64,000 bases of DNA from positions 27,652,001 through 27,716,000 of the forward strand of contig OZ024740.1 of assembly GCA_964016885.1 (NCBI GenBank), written 5' to 3'. Below the pieces are notes generated by a model. That model saw nothing but the letters and a program-made list of their open reading frames with translations. It had not been told where the DNA came from and searched no databases. The DNA comes from Eledone cirrhosa (taxonomy: Eukaryota). The position numbers were made by a program, and so were the translations under genes. Shown here one piece after another: positions 1-14,700 of this stretch (positions within the stretch are counted from its first letter, which is position 1; the number at the start of each line of letters is the position of its first letter).

Positions 1-3000
1 ATTGTAATCAATATTAGAGTTGGTAACATATTACTAAGAACAATACATTGTGTCTATTGTAATCAATATTACAGGTGGTAACATATTAGAAAGAACAATA
101 CCTCGTGTATATTGTAATCAATATTACAGTTCGTAACACATTTGTAAGAGCAATACCTTGTGTCTATTGTAACCAATATCACAGTTGGTCACATATTAGT
201 AAGAGCAATACCGTGTGTCTATTGTAATCAATATTACAGTTGGTAACATATTAGTAAGAGCAATACCTTGTGTCTATTGTAATCAATATTACAGTTGGTA
301 ACATATTAGTAAGAGCAATACCTTGTGTCTATTGTAATCAATCTTACAGTTGGTAACATATTAGTAAGAGCAATACCTTGTGTCTATTGTAATCAATATT
401 ACAGTTGGTAACATATTAGTAAGAGCAATACCTTGTGTCTATTGTAATCAATATCACAGTTGGTAACATATTAGTAAGAGCAATACCTTGTGTCTATTGT
501 AATCAATATTACAGTTGGTAACATATTAGTAAAAGCAATACCTTGTGTCTAATGTAATCAATATTACAGTTGGTAACATATTAGTAAGAGCAATACCTTG
601 TGTCTATTGTAATCAATATTACAGTTGGTAACATATTAGTAAGAGCAATACCTTGTGTCTAATGTAATCAATATTAAAGTTGGTAACATATTAGTAAGAG
701 CAATACCTTGTTTCTATTGTAATCAATATTACAGTTCGTAACATATTAGTAAGAGCAATACCTTGCGTCTATTGTAATTAGTATTACAGTTGGTAACATA
801 TTAGTAAGAGCAATACCTTGTGTCTATTGTAATCAATATTACAGTTGGTAACATATTAGTAAGAGCAATACCTTGTGTCTATTGTAATCAATATTACAGT
901 TGGTAACATATTAGTAAGAGCAATACCTTGTGTCTATTGTAATCAATATTACAGTTGGTAACATATTAGTAAGAGCAATACATTGCGTCTATTGTAATCA
1001 ATATTACAGTTGGTAACATATTAGTAAGAGCAATACCGTGTGTCTATTGTAATCAATATTACAGTTGGTAACATATTAGTAAGAGCAATACCTTGTGTCT
1101 ATTGTAATCAATATTACAGTTGGTAACATATTAGTAAGAGCAATACCTTGTGTCTATTGTAATCAATATTACAGTTCGTAACACATTTGTAAGAGCAATA
1201 CCTTGTGTCTATTGTAACCAATATCACAGTTGGTCACATATTAGTAAGAGCAATACCGTGTGTCTATTGTAATCAATATTACAGTTGGTAACATATTAGT
1301 AAGAGCAATGCCTTGTGTCTATTGTAATCAGATATTACAGTTGGTAACATATTAGTAAGAGCAATACCTTGTGTCTATTGTAATCAATATTACAGTTGGT
1401 AACATATTAGTAAGAGCAATACCTTGTGTCTATTGTAATCAATATTACAGTTGGTAACATATTAGTAAGAGCAATACCTTGTGTCTATTGTAATCAATAT
1501 TACAGTTGGTAACATATTAGTAAGAACAATACCTCGTGTCTATTGTAATCAATATTACATTTGGTAACATATTAGTAAGAACAATACCTTGTGTCTATTG
1601 TAATCAATATTACAGTTGGTAACATATTAGTAAGAGAAATACCTTGTGTCTATTGTAATCAATATTACAGTTGGTAACATATTAGTAAGAATAATACCTC
1701 GTGTCTATTGTAATCAATATTACAGTTGGTAACATATTAGTAAGAACAATACCTTGTGTCTATTGTAATCAATATTACAGTTGGTAACACATTAGTAAGA
1801 GTAATACCTCGTGTGTATTGTAATCAATTTCACAGTTGGTAACATATTAGTAAGAGCAATACCTTGTGTCTATTGTAATCAATATTACAGTTGGTAACAT
1901 ATTAGTAAGAGCAATACCTTGTGTCTATTGTAATCAATATTACAGGTGGTAGCATATTAGTAAGAGCAATACCTTGCGTCTATTGTAATCAATATTACAG
2001 TTGGTAACATATTAGTAAGAGCAATACCTTGTGTCTATTGTAATCAATATCACAGTTGGTAACATATTAGTAAGAGCAATACCTTGTGTCTATTGTAATC
2101 AATATTACAGTTGGTACCATATTAGTAAAAGCAATACCTCGTGTCTGTTGTAATCAATATTACAGTTGGTAACATATTAGTAAGAACAATACCTCGTGTC
2201 TATTGTAATCAATATCACAGTTGGTAACATATTAGTAAGAGCAATACCTCGTGTCTATTGTAATCAATATTACAGTTGGTAACATATTAGTAAGAGCAAT
2301 ACCTTGTGCCTATTGTAATCAATATTACAGTTGGTAACATATTAGTAAGAGCAATACCTCGTGTCTATTGTAATCAATATTACAGTTGGTAACATATTAG
2401 TAAGAGCAATACCTTGTGCCTATTGTAATCAATATTACAGTTGGTAACATATTAGTAAGAACAATACCTTGTGTATATTGTAATCAATATTACAGTTGGT
2501 ACCATATTAGTAAGAGCAATTCCTTGTGTCTATTGTAATCAATATTAGAGTTGGTAACATATTACTAAGAACAATACATTGTGTCTATTGTAATCAATAT
2601 TACAGGTGGTAACATATTATTAAGAACAATACCTCGTGTATATTGTAATCAATATTACAGTTCGTAACACATTTGTAAGAGCAATACCTTGTGTCTATTG
2701 TAACCAATATCACAGTTGGTCACATGTTAGTAAGAGCAATACCGTGTGTCTATTGTAATCAATATTACAGTTGGTAACATATTAGTAAGAGCAATACCTT
2801 GTGTCTATTGTAATCAATATTACAGTTGGTAACATATTAGTAAGAGCAATCCTTGTGTCTATTGTAATCAATATTACAGTTGGTAACATATTAGTAAGAG
2901 CAATACCTTGTGTCTATTGTAATCAATATTACAGTTGGTAACATATTAGTAAGAGCAATACCTTGTGTCTATTGTAATCAATATTACAGTTGGTAACATA

Positions 3001-5829
3001 TTAGTAAGAGCAATACTTTGTGTCTATTGTAATCAATATTACAGTTGGTAACATATTAGTAAGAGCAATGCCTTGTGTCTATTGTAATCAATATCACAGT
3101 TGGTAACATATTAGTAAGAGCAATACCTTGTGTCTATTGTAATCAATATCACAGTTGGTAACATATTAGTAAGAGCAATACCTTGTGTCTATTGTAATCA
3201 ATATTACAGTTGGTAACATATTAGTAAAAGCAATACCTTGTGTCTAATGTAATCAATATTACAGTTGGTAACATATTAGTAAGAGCAATACCTTGTGTCT
3301 ATTGTAATCAATATTACAGTTGGTAACATATTAGTAAGAGCAATACCTTGTGTCTAATGTAATCAATATTACAGTTGGTAACATATTAGTAAGAGCAATA
3401 CCTTGTGTCTATTGTAATCAATATTACAGTTGGTAACATATTAGTAAGAACAATACCTCGTGTCTATTGTAATCAATATTACATTTGGTAACATATTAGT
3501 AAGAACAATACCTTGTGTCTATTGTAATCAATATTACAGTTGGTAACATATTAGTAAGAGCAATACCTTGTGTCTATTGTAATCAATATTACAGTTGGTA
3601 ACATATTAGTAAGAACAATACCTCGTGTCTATTGTAATCAATATTACAGTTGGTAACATATTAGTAAGAACAATACCTTGTGTCTATTGTAATCAATATT
3701 ACAGTTGGTAACACATTAGTAAGAGCAATACCTCGTGTCTATTGTAATCAATATTACAGTTGGTAACATATTAGTAAGAGCAATACCTTATGTCTATTGT
3801 AATCAATATTACAGGTGGTAGCATATTAGTAAAAGCAATACCTTGTGTCTATTGTAATCAATTTCACAGTTGGTAACATATTAGTAAGAGCAATACCTTG
3901 TGTCTATTGTAATCAATATTACAGGTGGTAGCATATTAGTAAAAGCAATACCTTGTGTCTATTGTAATCAATATTACAGTTGGTAACATATTAGTAAGAA
4001 TAATACCTCGTGTTTATTGTAATCAATATTACAGTTGGTAACATATTAGTAAGAACAATACCTTGTGTCTATTGTAATCAATATTACAGTTGGTAACACA
4101 TTAGTAAGAGCAATACCTCGTGTATATTGTAATCAATATTACAGTTGGTAACATATTAGTAAGAGCAATACCTTATGTCTATTGTAATCAATATTACAGG
4201 TGGTAGCATATTAGTAAAAGCAATACCTTGTGTCTATTGTAATCAATTTCACAGTTGGTAACATATTAGTAAGAGCAATACCTTGTGTCTATTGTAATCA
4301 ATATTACAGTTGGTAACATATTAGTAAGAGCAATACCTTGTGTCTATTGTAATCAATATTACAGGTGGTAGCATATTAGTAAGAGCAATACCTTGCGTCT
4401 ATTGCAATCAATATTACAGTTGGTAACATATTAGTAAGAGCAATACCTTGTGTCTATTGTAATCAATATCACAGTTGATAACATATTAGTAAAAGCAATA
4501 CCTTGTGTCTATTGTAATCAATATTACAGTTGGTACCATATTAGTAAAAGCAATACCTCGTGTCTGTTGTAATCAATATTACAGTTGGTAACATATTAGT
4601 AAGAACAATACCTCGTGTCTATTGTAATCAATATCACAGTTGGTAACATATTAGTAAGAGCAATACCTCGTGTCTATTGTAATCAATATTACAGTTGGTA
4701 ACATATTAGTAAGAGCAAACCTTGTGCCTATTGTAATCAATATTACAGTTGGTAACATATTAGTAAGAGCAATACCTCGTGTCTATTGTAATCAATATTA
4801 CAGTTGGTAACATATTAGTAAGAGCAATACCTTGTGCTTATTGTAATCAATATTACAGTTGGTAACATATTAGTAAGAACAATACCTTGTGTATATTGTA
4901 ATCAATATTACAGTTGGTACCATATTAGTAAGAGCAATTCCTTGTGTCTATTGTAATCAATATTAGAGTTGGTAACATATTACTAAGAACAATACATTGT
5001 GTCTATTGTAATCAATATTACAGGTGGTAACATATTAGAAAGAACAATACCTCGTGTATATTGTAATCAATATTACAGTTCGTAACACATTTGTAAGAGC
5101 AATACCTTGTGTCTATTGTAACCAATATCACAGTTGGTCACATATTAGTAAGAGCAATACCGTGTGTCTATTGTAATCAATATTACAGTTGGTAACATAT
5201 TAGTAAGAGCAATACCTTGTGTCTATTGTAATCAATATTACAGTTGGTAACATATTAGTAAGAGCAATACCTTGTGTCTATTGTAATCAATATTACAGTT
5301 GGTAACATATTAGTAAGAGCAATACCTTGTGTCTATTGTAATCAATATTACAGTTGGTAACATATTAGTAAGAGCAATACCTTGTGTCTATTGTAATCAA
5401 TATCACAGTTGGTAACATATTAGTAAGAGCAATACCTTGTGTCTATTGTAATCAATATTACAGTTGGTAACATATTCGTAAAAGCAATACCTTGTGTCTA
5501 ATGTAATCAATATTACAGTTGGTAACATATTAGTAAGAGCAATACCTTGTGTCTATTGTAATCAATATTACAGTTGGTAACATATTAGTAAGAGCAATAC
5601 CTTGTGTCTAATGTAATCAATATTACAGTTGGTAACATATTAGTAAGAGCAATACCTTGTGTCTATTGTAATCAATATTACAGTTGGTAACATATTAGTA
5701 AGAACAATACCTCGTGTCTATTGTAATCAATATTACATTTGGTAACATATTAGTAAGAACAATACCTTGTGTCTATTGTAATCAATATTACAGTTGGTAA
5801 CATATTAGTAAGAGCAATACCTTGTGTCT

Positions 5830-6820
5830 ATTGTAATCAATATTACAGTTGGTAACATATTAGTAAGAACAATACCTCGTGTCTATTGTAATCAATATTA
5901 CAGTTGGTAACATATTAGTAAGAACAATACCTTGTGTCTATTGTAATCAATATTACAGTTGGTAACACATTAGTAAGAGCAATACCTCGTGTCTATTGTA
6001 ATCAATATTGCAGTTGGTAACATATTAGTAAGAGCAATACCTTATGTCTATTGTAATCAATATTACAGGTGGTAGCATATTAGTAAAAGCAATACCTTGT
6101 GTCTATTGTAATCAATTTCACAGTTGGTAACATATTAGTAAGAGCAATACCTTGTGTCTATTGTAATCAATATTACAGGTGGTAGCATATTAGTAAAAGC
6201 AATACCTTGTGTCTATTGTAATCAATATTACAGTTGGTAACATATTAGTAAGAATAATACCTCGTGTCTATTGTAATCAATATTACAGTTGGTAACATAT
6301 TAGTAAGAACAATACCTTGTGTCTATTGTAATCAATATTACAGTTGGTAACATATTAGTAAGAACAATACCTCGTGTCTATTGTAATCAATATTACAGTT
6401 GGTAACATATTAGTAAGAACAATACCTTGTGTCTATTGTAATCAATATTACAGTTGGTAACACATTAGTAAGAGCAATACCTCGTGTCTATTGTAATCAA
6501 TATTACAGTTGGTAACATATTAGTAAGAGCAATACCTTATGTCTATTGTAATCAATATTACAGGTGGTAGCATATTAGTAAAAGCAATACCTTGTGTCTA
6601 TTGTAATCAATTTCACAGTTGGTAACATATTAGTAAGAGCAATACCTTGTGTCTATTGTAATCAATATTACAGGTGGTAGCATATTAGTAAAAGCAATAC
6701 CTTGTGTCTATTGTAATCAATATTACAGTTGGTAACATATTAGTAAGAATAATACCTCGTGTCTATTGTAATCAATATTACAGTTGGTAACATATTAGTA
6801 AGAACAATACCTTGTGTCTA
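5830..6820. repeat. Tandem duplication of 9 monomers (495 bp)
   Basis: ccttatg at 6044/6539 and aagaataat at 6255/6750 are both offset by 495 bp, with the same intervening variant order. Confidence 0.85.
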
Positions 6821-7039
6821 TTGTAATCAATATTACAGTTGGTAACACATTAGTAAGAGCAATACCTCGTGTATATTGTAATCAATATTACAGTTGGTAA
6901 CATATTAGTAAGAGCAATACCTTATGTCTATTGTAATCAATATTACAGGTGGTAGCATATTAGTAAAAGCAATACCTTGTGTCTATTGTAATCAATTTCA
7001 CAGTTGGTAACATATTAGTAAGAGCAATACCTTGTGTCT

Positions 7040-8799
7040 ATTGTAATCAATATTACAGTTGGTAACATATTAGTAAGAGCAATACCTTGTGTCTATTGTA
7101 ATCAATATTACAGGTGGTAGCATATTAGTAAGAGCAATACCTTGCGTCTATTGTAATCAATATTACAGTTGGTAACATATTAGTAAGAGCAATACCTTGT
7201 GTCTATTGTAATCAATATCACAGTTGGTAACATATTAGTATGAGCAATACCTTGTGTCTATTGTAATCAATATTACAGTTGGTACCATATTAGTAAAAGC
7301 AATACCTCGTGTCTGTTGTAATCAATATTACAGTTGGTAACATATTAGTAAGAACAATACCTCGTGTCTATTGTAATCAATATCACAGTTGGTAACATAT
7401 TAGTAAGAGCAATACCTCGTGTCTATTGTAATCAATATTACAGTTGGTAACATATTAGTAAGAGCAATACCTTGTGCCTATTGTAATCAATATTACAGTT
7501 GGTAACATATTAGTAAGAGCAATACCTCGTGTCTATTGTAATCAATATTACAGTTGGTAACATATTAGTAAGAGCAATACCTTGTGCCTATTGTAATCAA
7601 TATTACAGTTGGTAACATATTAGTAAGAACAATACCTTGTGTATATTGTAATCAATATTACAGTTGGTACCATATTAGTAAGAGCAATTCCTTGTGTCTA
7701 TTGTAATCAATATTAGAGTTGGTAACATATTACTAAGAACAATACATTGTGTCTATTGTAATCAATATTACAGGTGGTAACATATTAGAAAGAACAATAC
7801 CTCGTGTATATTGTAATCAATATTACAGTTCGTAACACATTTGTAAGAGCAATACCTTGTGTCTATTGTAACCAATATCACAGTTGGTCACATATTAGTA
7901 AGAGCAATACCGTGTGTCTATTGTAATCAATATTACAGTTGGTAACATATTAGTAAGAGCAATACCTTGTGTCTATTGTAATCAATATTACAGGTGGTAG
8001 CATATTAGTAAGAGCAATACCTTGCGTCTATTGTAATCAATATTACAGTTGGTAACATATTAGTAAGAGCAATACCTTGTGTCTATTGTAATCAATATCA
8101 CAGTTGGTAACATATTAGTAAGAGCAATACCTTGTGTCTATTGTAATCAATATTACAGTTGGTACCATATTAGTAAAAGCAATACCTCGTGTCTGTTGTA
8201 ATCAATATTACAGTTGGTAACATATTAGTAAGAACAATACCTCGTGTCTATTGTAATCAATATCACAGTTGGTAACATATTAGTAAGAGCAATACCTCGT
8301 GTCTATTGTAATCAATATTACAGTTGGTAACATATTAGTAAGAGCAATACCTTGTGCCTATTGTAATCAATATTACAGTTGGTAACATATTAGTAAGAGC
8401 AATACCTCGTGTCTATTGTAATCAATATTACAGTTGGTAACATATTAGTAAGAGCAATACCTTGTGCCTATTGTAATCAATATTACAGTTGGTAACATAT
8501 TAGTAAGAACAATACCTTGTGTATATTGTAATCAATATTACAGTTGGTACCATATTAGTAAGAGCAATTCCTTGTGTCTATTGTAATCAATATTAGAGTT
8601 GGTAACATATTACTAAGAACAATACATTGTGTCTATTGTAATCAATATTACAGGTGGTAACATATTAGAAAGAACAATACCTCGTGTATATTGTAATCAA
8701 TATTACAGTTCGTAACACATTTGTAAGAGCAATACCTTGTGTCTATTGTAACCAATATCACAGTTGGTCACATATTAGTAAGAGCAATACCGTGTGTCT
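7040..8799. repeat. Tandem duplication of 16 monomers (880 bp)
   Basis: The caggtggtagc+ttgcg monomer at 7111/7991 and cassette A at 7700/8580 are both offset by 880 bp. Confidence 0.88.
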
Positions 8800-11700
8800 A
8801 TTGTAATCAATATTACAGTTGGTAACATATTAGTAAGAGCAATACCTTGTATCTATTGTAATCAATATTACAGTTGGTAACATATTAGTAAGAGCAATAC
8901 CTTGTGTCTATTGTAATCAATATTACAGTTGGTAACATATTAGTAAGAGCAATACCTTGTGTCTATTGTAATCAATATTACAGTTGGTAACATATTAGTA
9001 AGAGCAATACCTTGTGTCTATTGTAATCAATATTACAGTTGGTAGCATATTAGTAAGAGCAATACTTTGTGTCTATTGTAATCAATATTACAGTTGGTAA
9101 CATATTAGTAAGAGCAATGCCTTGTGTCTATTGTAATCAATATCACAGTTGGTAACATATTAGTAAGAGCAATACCTTGTGTCTATTGTAATCAATATCA
9201 CAGTTGGTAACATATTAGTAAGAGCAATACCTTGTGTCTATTGTAATCAATATTACAGTTGGTAACATATTAGTAAAAGCAATACCTTGTGTCTAATGTA
9301 ATCAATATTACAGTTGGTAACATATTAGTAAGAGCAATACCTTGTGTCTATTGTAATCAATATTACAGTTGGTAACATATTAGTAAGAACAATACCTCGT
9401 GTCTATTGTAATCAATATTACAGTTGGTAACATATTAGTAAGAACAATACCTCGTGTCTATTGTAATCAATATTACATTTGGTAACATATTAGTAAGAAC
9501 AATACCTTGTGTCTATTGTAATCAATATTACAGTTGGTAACATATTAGTAAGAGCAATACCTTGTGTCTATTGTAATCAATATTACAGTTGGTAACATAT
9601 TAGTAAGAACAATACCTCGTGTCTATTGTAATCAATATTACAGTTGGTAACATATTAGTAAGAACAATACCTTGTGTCTATTGTAATCAATATTACAGTT
9701 GGTAACACATTAGTAAGAGCAATACCTCGTGTCTATTGTAATCAATATTACAGTTGGTAACATATTAGTAAGAGCAATACCTTATGTCTATTGTAATCAA
9801 TATTACAGGTGGTAGCATATTAGTAAAAGCAATACCTTGTGTCTATTGTAATCAATTTCACAGTTGGTAACATATTACTAAGAGCAATACCTTGTGTCTA
9901 TTGTAATCAATATTACAGGTGGTAGCATATTAGTAAAAGCAATACCTTGTGTCTATTGTAATCAATATTACAGTTGGTAACATATTAGTAAGAGCAATAC
10001 CTTGTGTCTATTGTAATCAATATTACAGTTGGTAACATATTAGTAAGAGCAATACTTTGTGTCTATTGTAATCAATATTACAGTTGGTAACATATTAGTA
10101 AAAGCAATACCTTGTGTCTATTGTAATCAATATTACAGTTGGTAACATATTAGTAAGAGCAATACCTTGTGTCTAATGTAATCAATATTACAGTTGGTAA
10201 CATATTAGTAAGAACAATACCTTGCGTCTATTGTAATCAATATTACAGTTGGTAACATATTAGTAAGAGCAATACCTTGTGTCTATTGTAATCAATATTA
10301 CAGTTGGTAACATATTAGTAAGAGCAATAACTTGTGTCTATTGTAATCAATATTACAGTTGGTAACATATTAGTAAGAGCAATACCTTGTGTATATTGTA
10401 ATCAATATTACAGTTGGTAACATATTAGTAAGAGCAATACCTTGTGTCTGTTGTAATCAATATTACAGTTGGTAACATATTAGTAAGAGCAATACCTTGT
10501 TTCTATTGTAATCAATATTACAGTTGGTAACATATTAGTAAGAGCAATACCTTGCGTCTATTGTAATTAGTATTACAGTTGGTAACATATTAGTAAGAGC
10601 AATACCTTGTGTCTATTGTAATCAATATTACAGTTGGTAACATATTAGTAAGAGCAATACCTTGTGTCTATTGTAATCAATATTACAGTTGGTAACATAT
10701 TAGTAAGAGCAATACCTTGTGTCTATTGTAATCAATATTACAGTTGGTAACATATTAGTAAGAGCAATACCTTGTGTCTATTGTAATCAATATTACAGTT
10801 GGTAACATATTAGTAAGAACAATACCTTGTGTCTATTGTAATCAATATTACAGTTGGTAACACATTAGTAAGAGCAAAACCTCGTGTCTATTGTAATCAA
10901 TATTACAGTTGGTAACATATTAGTAAGAGCAATACCTTATGTCTATTGTAATCAATAGTACAGGTGGTAGCATATTAGTAAAAGCAATACCTTGTGTCTA
11001 TTGTAATCAATTTCACAGTTGGTAACATATTAGTAAGAGCAATACCTTGTGTCTATTGTAATCAATATTACAGGTGGTAGCATATTAGTAAAAGCAATAC
11101 CTTGTGTCTATTGTAATCAATATTACAGTTGGTAACATATTAGTAAGAATAATACCTCGTGTCTATTGTAATCAATATTACAGTTGGTAACATATTAGTA
11201 AGAACAATACCTTGTGTCTATTGTAATCAATATTACAGTTGGTAACACATTAGTAAGAGCAATACCTCGTGTATATTGTAATCAATATTACAGTTGGTAA
11301 CATATTAGTAAGAGCAATACCTTATGTCTATTGTAATCAATATTACAGGTGGTAGCATATTAGTAAAAGCAATACCTTGTGTCTATTGTAATCAATTTCA
11401 CAGTTGGTAACATATTAGTAAGAGCAATACCTTGTGTCTATTGTAATCAATATTACAGTTGGTAACATATTAGTAAGAGCAATACCTTGTGTCTATTGTA
11501 ATCAATATTACAGGTGGTAGCATATTAGTAAGAGCAATACCTTGCGTCTATTGTAATCAATATTACAGTTGGTAACATATTAGTAAGAGCAATACCTTGT
11601 GTCTATTGTAATCAATATCACAGTTGGTAACATATTAGTAAGAGCAATACCTTGTGTCTATTGTAATCAATATTACAGTTGGTACCATATTAGTAAAAGC

Positions 11701-14700
11701 AATACCTCGTGTCTGTTGTAATCAATATTACATTGGTAACATATTAGTAAGAACAATACCTCGTGTCTATTGTAATCAATATCACAGTTGGTAACATATT
11801 AGTAAGAGCAATACCTCGTGTCTATTGTAATCAATATTACAGTTGGTAACATATTAGTAAGAGCAATACCTTGTGCCTATTGTAATCAATATTACAGTTG
11901 GTAACATATTAGTAAGAGCAATACCTCGTGTCTATTGTAATCAATATTACAGTTGGTAACATATTAGTAAGAGCAATACCTTGTGCCTATTGTAATCAAT
12001 ATTACAGTTGGTAACATATTAGTAAGAACAATACCTTGTGTATATTGTAATCAATATTACAGTTGGTACCATATTAGTAAGAGCAATTCCTTGTGTCTAT
12101 TGTAATCAATATTAGAGTTGGTAACATATTACTAAGAACAATACATTGTGTCTATTGTAATCAATATTACAGGTGGTAACATATTAGAAAGAACAATACC
12201 TCGTGTATATTGTAATCAATATTACAGTTCGTAACACATTTGTAAGAGCAATACCTTGTGTCTATTGTAACCAATATCACAGTTGGTAACATATTAGTAA
12301 GAGCAATACCTTGTGTCTATTGTAATCAATATTACAGTTGGTAACATATTAGTAAGAGCAATACTTTGTGTCTATTGTAATCAATATTACAGTTGGTAAC
12401 ATATTAGTAAAAGCAATACCTTGTGTCTACTGTAATCAATATTACAGTTGGTAACATATTAGTAAGAGCAATACCTTGTGTCTAATGTAATCAATATTAC
12501 AGTTGGTAACATATTAGTAAGAACAATACCTTGCGTCTATTGTAATCAATATTACAGTTGGTAACATATTTGTAAGAGCAATACCTTGTGTCTATTGTAA
12601 TCAATATTACAGTTGGTAACATATTAGTAAGAGCAATACCTTGTGTCTATTGTAATCAATATTACAGTTGGTAACATATTAGTAAGAGCAATACCTTGTG
12701 TATATTGTAATCAATATTACAGTTGGTAACATATTAGTAAGAGCAATACCTTGTGTCTGTTGTAATCAATATTACAGTTGGTAACATATTAGTAAGAGCA
12801 ATACCTTGTTTCTATTGTAATCAATATTACAGTTGGTAACATATTAGTAAGAGCAATACCTTGCGTCTATTGTAATTAGTATTACAGTTGGTAACATATT
12901 AGTAAGAACAATACCTTGTGTCTATTGTAATCAATATTACAGTTGGTAACATATTAGTAAGAGCAATACCTTGTGTCTATTGTAATCAATATTACAGTTG
13001 GTAACATATTAGTAAGAGCAATACCTTGTGTCTATTGTAATCAATATTGCAGTTGGTAACATATTAGTAAGAGCAATACCTTGCGTCTATTGTAATCAAT
13101 ATTACAGTTGGTAACATATTAGTAAGAGCAATACCGTGTGTCTATTGTAATCAATATTACAGTTGGTAACATATTAGTAAGAGCAATACCTTGTGTCTAT
13201 TGTAATCAATATTACAGTTGGTAACATATTAGTAAGAGCAATACCTTGTGTCTATTGTAATCAATATTACAGTTGGTAACATATTAGTAAGAGCAATACC
13301 TTGTGTCTATTGTAATCAATATTACAGTTGGTAACATATTAGTAAGAGCAATACCTTGTGTCTATTGTAATCAATATTACAGTTGGTAACATATTAGTAA
13401 GAGCAATACTTTGTGTCTATTGTAATCAATATTACAGTTGGTAACATATTAGTAAGAGCAATGCCTTGTGTCTCTTGTAATCAATATCACAGTTGGTAAC
13501 ATATTAGTAAGAGCAATACCTTGTGTCTATTGTTATCAATATCACAGTTGGTAACATATTAGTAAGAGCAATACCTTGTGTCTATTGTAATCAATATTAC
13601 AGTTGGTAACATATTAGTAAAAGCAATACCTTGTGTCTAATGTAATCAATATTACAGTTGGTAACATATTAGTAAGAGCAATACCTTGTGTCTATTGTAA
13701 TCAATATTACAGTTGGTAACATATTAGTAAGAGCAATACCTTGTGTCTAATGTAATCAATATTACAGTTGGTAACATATTAGTAAGAGCAATACCTTGTG
13801 TCTATTGTAATCAATATTACAGTTGGTAACATATTAGTAAGAACAATACCTCGTGTCTATTGTAATCAATATTACATTTGGTAACATATTAGTAAGAACA
13901 ATACCTTGTGTCTATTGTAATCAATATTACAGTTGGTAACATATTAGTAAGAGCAATACCTTGTGTCTATTGTAATCAATATTACAGTTGGTAACATATT
14001 AGTAAGAGCAATATCTTGTGTCTATTGTAATCAATATTACAGTTGGTAACATATTAGTAAGAACAATACCTCGTGTCTATTGTAATCAATATTACAGTTG
14101 GTAACATATTAGTAAGAACAATACCTTGTGTCTATTGTAATCAATATTACAGTTGGTAACTTATTAGTAAGAGCAATACCTTGTGTCTATTGTAATCAAT
14201 ATTACAGTTGGTAACATATTAGTAAGAGCAATACCTTGTGTCTATTGTAATCAATATTACAGTTGGTAACATATTAGTAAGAGCAATACCTCGTGTCTAA
14301 TGTAATCAATATCACAGTTGGTAACATATTAGTAAGAGCAATACCTCCTTGTGTCTATGGTAATCAATATTAAGGTTGGTAACATATTAGTAAGAGCAAT
14401 ACCTTGTGTCTATTGTAATCAATATTACAGTTGGTAACACATTAGTAAGAGCAATACCTCGTGTCTATTGTAATCAATATTACAGTTGGTAACATATTAG
14501 TAAGAGCAATACCTTATGTCTATTGTAATCAATATTACAGGTGGTAGCATATTAGTAAAAGCAATACCTTGTGTCTATTGTAATCAATTTCACAGTTGGT
14601 AACATATTAGTAAGAGCAATACCCTGTGTCTATTGTAATCAATATTACAGGTGGTAGCATATTAGTAAAAGCAATACCTTGTGTCTATTGTAATGAATAT

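Larger units (their letters stand above)
1..12300. repeat. Left sub-domain marked by a divergent 4-monomer cassette (cassette A)
   Basis: The cassette (tattagag/ttactaagaac/acattg; caggtggtaac/ctcgtgtat; ttcgtaacacatttgt; taaccaatatcac/ggtcac/accgtg) starts at 1, 2532, 4950, 7700, 8580 and 12099 (last one truncated), with a half copy at 1156. Spacings are 46, 44, 50, 16 and 64 monomers after 1-bp indels. Not seen after about 12.3 kb. Confidence 0.9.

Noticed and set aside
1-55. Assignment to a named satellite family or organism
   Set aside because: I do not reliably recognise the monomer, so a database search is needed.
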